Origin: Gemmatimonas sp.
GTDB taxonomy: Bacteria > Gemmatimonadota > Gemmatimonadetes > Gemmatimonadales > Gemmatimonadaceae
Length of the DNA: 64,000 nt
Assembly (NCBI GenBank): GCA_965279375.1
Contig: OZ257156.1
Location: forward strand, 3,136,001 to 3,200,000
Direction: 5' to 3'
A model generated the notes under the pieces. It did not search any database, was not told where the DNA came from, and was given only the letters and a program-made list of their open reading frames with translations. Shown here one piece after another: positions 58,600 through 64,000 of this stretch. Numbering within the stretch: position 1 is the first letter of the stretch; each line of letters starts with the position of its first letter. The position numbers were made by a program, and so were the translations under genes.

Positions 58600-58621
58600 A
58601 TAGGTACCGATTGGTACCTAT
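58600..58621. promoter_or_regulatory. Palindromic operator between divergent DJ-1 and HxlR genes
   Basis: ATAGGTACC-gatt-GGTACCTAT perfect 9-bp inverted repeat. Confidence 0.7.
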
Positions 58622-58652
58622 TCGTCAGAACAGAACCTTTAGGCCCAAACTC

Positions 58653-59048
58653 ATGCCACCAGCCAAGCGCGCGCTCGCCGGTGCGGATGTATTTGCCCGC
58701 TATCCCGGCTCGTCGCTCGTCATCGCGCTGCTCACCGACAAATGGACGATTCCCGTCATCCATGCCCTCGCGCGCGGCACCAAGCGCACCGGCGAACTCA
58801 AGTCCGCGCTGGGTACAGTCTCGCAGAAGATGCTGACGCAGACGCTGCGTGCGCTCGAAGCGCATGGGCTGGTCAAGCGCACGGTCTATCCGGTCGTGCC
58901 GCCGCATGTCGAATACGAACTCACCGAGCTCGGTGAATCCATCAACGTGCCACTGATGCAGATCTGCGAGTGGATGCTCGCCAATGGTCGCAAGCTCGAG
59001 CGCGTTGCGGCGCGGCGGCGTGCGTGTCCGCCAGCGAAAAACGGCTGA
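58653..59048 (+). CDS. HxlR (MarR/DUF24) family transcriptional regulator
   Basis: 'DKWT', 'SQKMLTQTLRALEAHGLV.R', 'PPHVEYELTELG'. Confidence 0.92.
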   Translation: MPPAKRALAGADVFARYPGSSLVIALLTDKWTIPVIHALARGTKRTGELKSALGTVSQKMLTQTLRALEAHGLVKRTVYPVVPPHVEYELTELGESINVPLMQICEWMLANGRKLERVAARRRACPPAKNG

Positions 59049-59069
59049 GCCGTTCGGACCGCTAGTGCG

Positions 59070-59966
59070 TCAGGCGCCGGAGTGTGGGCGGAGTTCCACG
59101 CGCATACCCTCGGTTGCCGCATAAACCTCTAGCGCGCTGCCCAGCGACCGCGCGAGCGCGCGGCAGCTCTCCACGATGGCCGTAAGCTCCTCATCCGAGC
59201 GGTCGGGATGGTGGTGAAAGAGCAGCAACGTTTCGGCATCGCACTCCGCAGCGAATCGCGTTGCTTCGTGCGCTGAGGAATGCCCCCACCCCTCGTGCGC
59301 GACCAGTTCGCCGTCTGTGTACGTCGCATCGTGCAGCAACACGCGCACGCCGTACAGTGCACTGGCAAGCGACGTTCGCCAGCGCCTGATCGAGGGATCA
59401 TTGCTGGCGAGTGCCAACTCGTTGTCTGGTGCGTACCCGATCAATGGACCGGTGCCGTCGCTCAGCATCACCACCGTCGCACCACCGGGGTGGTTTGCCG
59501 GAATCGCGCGCACCTCCCAGCCGGAAATCTCCGCCGGAGCATGCTCGGTCCACGGCACGTAGCGCACGCGGGCGGTCACATCATGCAGCGGCGGGAAGAG
59601 CGGTGGGGAGAGTAGCCACTCGACGAGGCGGCGTACCGTGCTGCTGTCTGCCATCGCGCAGTACACCTGCACGTCACTGGCGCGCAGCACCAGTGGCGCG
59701 AACTGCGACAGTCCAATGACGTGATCGCCGTGCAGATGCGAGAGCACCAGGTGCACCGGCTTGGTCGTGGACTCCTGCAACAGCGCCGCGCCAAGTGGAC
59801 GCAACCCCGTGCCGGCGTCGAGGACGAGCAGTGCTCCGTCGGGCGCGCGAACTTCGACGCATGGCGTGTTGCCGCCATATACGACTGTATGCGCACCCGG
59901 ACTTGGACTGGTGCCGCGCACCCCCCAGATACGGAGGTGCGCGAGGACCCGTCCGCCGTCGGACAT
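59070..59966 (-). CDS. MBL-fold metallo-hydrolase (possible phosphodiesterase)
   Basis: WGVRGT, YGGNTPC, DAGTG, SHLHGDH, 'HPG', 'HDA', WGHS, FHHHP; ATG overlaps Crp stop. Confidence 0.88.
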   Translation of the reverse strand: MSDGGRVLAHLRIWGVRGTSPSPGAHTVVYGGNTPCVEVRAPDGALLVLDAGTGLRPLGAALLQESTTKPVHLVLSHLHGDHVIGLSQFAPLVLRASDVQVYCAMADSSTVRRLVEWLLSPPLFPPLHDVTARVRYVPWTEHAPAEISGWEVRAIPANHPGGATVVMLSDGTGPLIGYAPDNELALASNDPSIRRWRTSLASALYGVRVLLHDATYTDGELVAHEGWGHSSAHEATRFAAECDAETLLLFHHHPDRSDEELTAIVESCRALARSLGSALEVYAATEGMRVELRPHSGA

Positions 59967-60655
59967 CAGAGCTTGGGCCGTGACCGCGCCTGCAGCGCTG
60001 TTCGATCCACGATCGTCACCAGTCGGCGCTGCACCGAGATGAAGCCCTTCTCCTGGAACTCGGCCATCGCGCGCGACACCGTCTCGCGGCTGGCGCCGAT
60101 CATCTGCGAGATGGTCTGATGGGTGAGCTGTTTCACCAACGTGGCCGGCTCGCCGGGGCCTGCGTGCTCGAGCAGCACCTTGGCCACGCGCCCGGGAACG
60201 TCGAGCAGAATGAGGCTGCCGATCGTGCCGTCCGCCTGTCGCAGGCGACGCGAGAGTTCGACCATCAGCCCCCACGCAACCAGCGGAGACTGCTCCACCT
60301 GCCGACGGAAATCCGCGCGGCGCAGCACGAGCAGACCGGAAGGTTGGGTGGCCACCACATGGGCAGAGCGCGGGCGGCCATCGATCAGCGAGAGTTCGCC
60401 GAAGTGGTCGCCGATGCCCAGCACGTCGAGAATGACTTCACGTCCGTCTTCGGCGATGAGCAGCACCTTCACCTCACCGGAGCGCACGACATAGAGCGCG
60501 TCACCGGGATCGCCTTCACTCACGATCACGGCACTCTTCGCAAACTTCTGCTCGCGTGTCAGCTCCGCGAACCCGCGGACAGACGCGCGGTCGAGCTCAC
60601 GGAACAATGGCACGGTGGCCAGAAAGTCCGTGATGCGCTCGACCGAGACGCTCAT
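59966..60655 (-). CDS. Crp/Fnr-family transcriptional regulator (CRP-like)
   Basis: cNMP pocket 'FGELSL...RSA', HTH 'MIGASRETVSR'. Confidence 0.92.
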   Translation of the reverse strand: MSVSVERITDFLATVPLFRELDRASVRGFAELTREQKFAKSAVIVSEGDPGDALYVVRSGEVKVLLIAEDGREVILDVLGIGDHFGELSLIDGRPRSAHVVATQPSGLLVLRRADFRRQVEQSPLVAWGLMVELSRRLRQADGTIGSLILLDVPGRVAKVLLEHAGPGEPATLVKQLTHQTISQMIGASRETVSRAMAEFQEKGFISVQRRLVTIVDRTALQARSRPKL

Positions 60656-60866
60656 GTTGGATGGAGAGAAGCGCAAAGGAGTTGTACCGAATGTCACCAT
60701 TGTGGTAGTCCTCGATGCCGATAGCTCGGGGTGGGCAGCCTTTAAGGTATCCTGAAAGGCCAATGATCGGCTATCTTCCGTGCTACCCGAGACGAGCGCA
60801 GAAGTGCGTCGCGGCGGTCAGAGCCCAATTTGTTCAGACAGCCTATCCGCATTGCAAATCTCGTGC

Positions 60867-60882
60867 GGTGACTCGAATCACA
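60867..60882. promoter_or_regulatory. CRP-type binding site
   Basis: GGTGA-ctcgaa-TCACA, 9/10 match to TGTGA-N6-TCACA, in the crp/prfA divergent region. Confidence 0.6.
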
Positions 60883-60954
60883 CTATTTCGCGTTTCTGAT
60901 GCACAGCTCTCCGACGCAGGCGCCACGGCGCAGCGCGCCTCAGCCCCTCACGTC

Positions 60955-62025
60955 ATGTTGACTCACCTGCGCGACCGTATCAGCGATGCCCTTCGTCGCG
61001 CCACGGAAGTCGAGCAGCTCCTCGCCGATCCGGAAACGGTCAAGGACGCACCGCGTCTCGCCTCACTCGGACGCGAGCACCACCGTCTCGCCGATGTCGT
61101 GACGAAAGCCAATCGTCTCGCCAAAGCTGAGGCCGAGCTTGCTGACGCGCGCGAGATGGCGGAGGGCGACGACGCGGAGTTCGCCGCCGAAGCCAAAGCC
61201 GAGGTCGATCGCCTCACGGCAGAGTGTGCGGAGCTCGAGAAGACGCTGTTGCCGCTGCTGATTCCGCGCGATCCGCTCGATGACCGTCCCGCCATTTTTG
61301 AAATTCGTGCCGGCACGGGCGGTGACGAAGCGTCCCTCTTCGCCGCCGACCTGCTGCGCATGTACACGCGCTTCATCGAACGAAAAGGCTGGCGCATCGA
61401 GCAGATCTCCTACTCCGACGGCGTGCTCGGCGGCATCAAGGAATCGGTCTTCAAGGTGCTGGGCGACGGTGCATTCGGCATGCTGCGTTGGGAGTCCGGC
61501 GTGCATCGCGTGCAGCGCGTGCCCGCGACCGAGAGTCAGGGGCGCATTCACACCTCGGCGGCCACGGTGGCGGTGTTGCCGGAAGCCGAAGAAGTCGATG
61601 TGCGCATCGAGGACAAGGATCTGCGCATCGATGTGTTTCGCTCGTCGGGACCTGGCGGGCAAAGTGTGAACACCACCGACTCGGCGGTGCGCATCACGCA
61701 CATTCCCACCGGCATCGTCGTGTCGCAGCAGGATCAAAAGTCGCAGCTGCAGAACAAGGCGAAGGGCATGGAAGTACTGCGGGCGCGTCTGCTCGACCTA
61801 CGCCTGTCGGAGCAGGAGGCCGAGCGTTCGCGTATGCGTCGTTCGCAGGTGTCGACTGGCGATCGGTCAGCAAAGATTCGCACCTACAACTTTCCGCAGG
61901 GGCGCGTCACCGATCACCGTGTGGGCGTCACGCTCTACGACATCGATCGCGTGATGAACGGCGATCTGTCGCAGTTCCTCGACGCGCTCGCGCTGGCCAA
62001 CGCGGAAGAACTGCTGAGCGCCTGA
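60955..62025 (+). CDS. prfA: Peptide chain release factor 1
   Basis: EIRAGTGG, 'VPATES' (PxT), GGQ, 'IRTYNFPQ'; followed by prmC. Confidence 0.96.
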   Translation: MLTHLRDRISDALRRATEVEQLLADPETVKDAPRLASLGREHHRLADVVTKANRLAKAEAELADAREMAEGDDAEFAAEAKAEVDRLTAECAELEKTLLPLLIPRDPLDDRPAIFEIRAGTGGDEASLFAADLLRMYTRFIERKGWRIEQISYSDGVLGGIKESVFKVLGDGAFGMLRWESGVHRVQRVPATESQGRIHTSAATVAVLPEAEEVDVRIEDKDLRIDVFRSSGPGGQSVNTTDSAVRITHIPTGIVVSQQDQKSQLQNKAKGMEVLRARLLDLRLSEQEAERSRMRRSQVSTGDRSAKIRTYNFPQGRVTDHRVGVTLYDIDRVMNGDLSQFLDALALANAEELLSA

Positions 62026-62026
62026 G

Positions 62027-62959
62027 GTGCGCGCGCTGCTTGAGGAGATGGCGCAGGCCATTTCGGCTGCGTCGGTTCTCGACGCGGAAACGCGTGCCGA
62101 TGCAGTGCGCGAAGCACGGCTGCTGGCGGCGGGAGTGCTCGACCTGTCGCCGGGCGAGCTGGCGCAGCGTCTCGACCGCCCGCTGCCGTACACACAACGC
62201 GATCGCATCGTGCAGGCGCTGGCGCGGCGTGTGCGGGGAGAGCCGCTGGCCTACTGCGTCGGCAATGCGCCGTTCCGGCACCTGGTGCTCGCGGTGGATG
62301 CGCGCGTGCTCATCCCTCGCCCGGAGACGGAGATCGTGGTGGAGGAGGCGCTGCGCTGTGTCGCCGCCCGGCCGGGCGGCATCGCCGTGGATATCGGGAC
62401 TGGCTCGGGCGCCATCGCGCTGGCGCTGGCCAGCGAGGGACGCTTCGATCGGGTCATCGCGACCGATGTGTCGGCCGACGCGCTGGTCGTCGCGGCGGGC
62501 AACGCCGCGCGACTGCCCGCCGGCGCGACGCCGCTCGAGTTCAGGGCTGGGTCGGATCTTGCCCCGCTGCAGGGCGTGGTGGCCCGTGTGATTGTCTCGA
62601 ATCCCCCCTACATTGCGTACGAGGAGGCGGCGGGCTTGCCGTCGAGCGTGCGGGACTGGGAGCCGACGCTGGCTCTCTTCGCGGCGAACGACGGAATGGC
62701 CCGCTACGACGCGATCTTGGGTGGCGCAGCACGACATCTCGAACCCGACGGCTGGCTGGTGCTGGAGGTGGACGCACAGCGCGCGCAGGAGACGGCGCGT
62801 CGCGCGACGGTGCATGGCTTTCAGCAGGTGCGACTCGTGCGCGACCTCAGTGGCCGCGAGCGGGTATTGCTCGCACAGCACGCTCCCTCCACACGGGCTG
62901 CCGCAGCATTCGTCGGGACAACTATTGCATCCGGACCAGAGGCCGGGACTCATGCTTGA
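62027..62959 (+). CDS. prmC: Release factor glutamine methyltransferase
   Basis: 'GEPLAY', 'VLIPRPETE', DIGTGSG, NPPY. Confidence 0.93.
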   Translation: MRALLEEMAQAISAASVLDAETRADAVREARLLAAGVLDLSPGELAQRLDRPLPYTQRDRIVQALARRVRGEPLAYCVGNAPFRHLVLAVDARVLIPRPETEIVVEEALRCVAARPGGIAVDIGTGSGAIALALASEGRFDRVIATDVSADALVVAAGNAARLPAGATPLEFRAGSDLAPLQGVVARVIVSNPPYIAYEEAAGLPSSVRDWEPTLALFAANDGMARYDAILGGAARHLEPDGWLVLEVDAQRAQETARRATVHGFQQVRLVRDLSGRERVLLAQHAPSTRAAAAFVGTTIASGPEAGTHA

Positions 62960-63302
62960 AGACAAGGCGAAGGATCTTGGCCGCACGATCGGTCAGAGCG
63001 ACGAATACAAGGCCGTGAAGCGATCCAGCGAAGCACTCAATGCCGACCGCGACGCGACCGTGATCCTGCGGCAGATGGAAGCGATCCGCACCGAAGCGCA
63101 GTCGCTGATCGATCGCGGCCAGGAGCCGACGCAGGAGATGGAGCAGCAGCTCGATGCGCTCCTCCAGCAGGTGCAGACGAACCCGTCCTACCAGAGCGCC
63201 ATCTCCGCGCAGGACAACTTCGACAAACTGATGCTGCGCGTGAACCAGTGGATTGCCGACGGCATTCGCGCGGGCGCGACCAGCAAGATCATCCTCGGCT
63301 GA
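62952..63302 (+). CDS. YlbF/YheA/YmcA-like (Com_YlbF) helical protein
   Basis: 'DKAKDLGRTIGQSDEY', 'NP..Q..I.AQ..FDKLM..VN..I'; start trimmed to ATG 62952. Confidence 0.72.
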   Translation: MLEDKAKDLGRTIGQSDEYKAVKRSSEALNADRDATVILRQMEAIRTEAQSLIDRGQEPTQEMEQQLDALLQQVQTNPSYQSAISAQDNFDKLMLRVNQWIADGIRAGATSKIILG

Positions 63303-63333
63303 GCCCGATCAAGGCGTTGACGCGGGGACACGG

Positions 63334-64000
63334 ATGACGCGCGGTCTCTTCCTCGTGCTCGAGGGCGGCGAGGGCGTCGGCAAGACGACGCAATGGACGT
63401 CGATATCGGCGTGGCTCGAGCGCGCCGGTCACGACGTCGTGGCGATCCGCGAGCCGGGCGGCACGCCGGCCGGCGATGCCGTGCGCGCGATTCTCCTCGA
63501 CCCCGAAGCCACGCTGACGCCCGAGGCCGAGGCGTTGCTCTTCGCGGCGTCTCGCGCGCAGCTGGTGGGCACCGTGATTCGTCCGGCGTTGTCGCGCGGA
63601 GCTGTGGTGCTCGTCGATCGTTTCCTGCTCTCGACCTATGCCTATCAGGGCGCCGGTCGCGGATTGGCGCTCGACGCGCTGCGTTCGGCGAATCAGCTCG
63701 CCACCGGTGGACTCGCACCCGATCTGACGCTGCTGCTTTCGATGGGCGTGGACGATGCGCTGGCTCGCATGCGCTCGCGCGGCGAAGCAGACCGGATGGA
63801 GCGTGAATCGGTCGCGTTTCACACGCGCGTAGCCGCGGCGTTTCTCGGCGCCGCGGAGCCGGCGTGGCAGGCGCAGTATCCGGAGATCGGGCCGGTCGTC
63901 ACCGTAGACGCGACGGGCACGACAGGCGAGGTGACCGATCGATGCCTGGCGAGACTCGCCGCCACTTGGCCAGAGCGGTTTGCTTCCTTGGCGCACACTT
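63334..64000 (+). CDS. tmk: Thymidylate kinase (partial, runs off window; absent from ORF track)
   Basis: MTRGLFLVLEGGEGVGKTTQ, REPGGT, 'LLFAASRAQ', 'DRF..ST.AYQG', PDLT, DRME. Confidence 0.93.
   Translation, partial: MTRGLFLVLEGGEGVGKTTQWTSISAWLERAGHDVVAIREPGGTPAGDAVRAILLDPEATLTPEAEALLFAASRAQLVGTVIRPALSRGAVVLVDRFLLSTYAYQGAGRGLALDALRSANQLATGGLAPDLTLLLSMGVDDALARMRSRGEADRMERESVAFHTRVAAAFLGAAEPAWQAQYPEIGPVVTVDATGTTGEVTDRCLARLAATWPERFASLAHT

Noticed and set aside
63289..63996. ORF-track calls at the right end (235 aa minus, 137 aa plus)
   Set aside because: The real gene is tmk from 63334, open to the window edge and hence missing from the track.

Overview
High-GC bacterial chromosomal window. 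Gene content and protein style suggest Gemmatimonadota (Gemmatimonas-like); this is an inference. About 57 densely packed CDSs; I see no rRNA, tRNA, CRISPR array, integrase or transposase. Left end (167-13984, minus strand): a tripartite MacAB-TolC-like exporter operon with one TolC, one membrane-fusion protein and one ATPase serving eight tandem MacB/FtsX-type permeases arranged as four alternating A/B pairs. Next come a giant NtrY-like histidine kinase, a pseudokinase-kinase tandem protein, a sigma54-promoter-driven diguanylate cyclase, yjcH-actP, VKOR/thioredoxin/UbiE-MenG, ComM, a CDF transporter, a sigma54 activator, lepB, an FCB-type sigma70, yajQ-rimO-hemL-spoIID and a DUF4105 protein. 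These are followed by a hydantoinase/oxoprolinase A-B pair split by a translationally coupled atypical uracil-DNA-glycosylase-family gene, an orphan contractile-injection-system-like anchor domain, an HxlR/DJ-1 stress module, a Crp-metallo-hydrolase pair with a CRP box, and prfA-prmC-ylbF-like-tmk (tmk partial). The best candidates for an undescribed system are the hyuA-UDG-hyuB cassette and the four-heterodimer modular MacB exporter. All product calls come from motif recognition by eye, not database searches.
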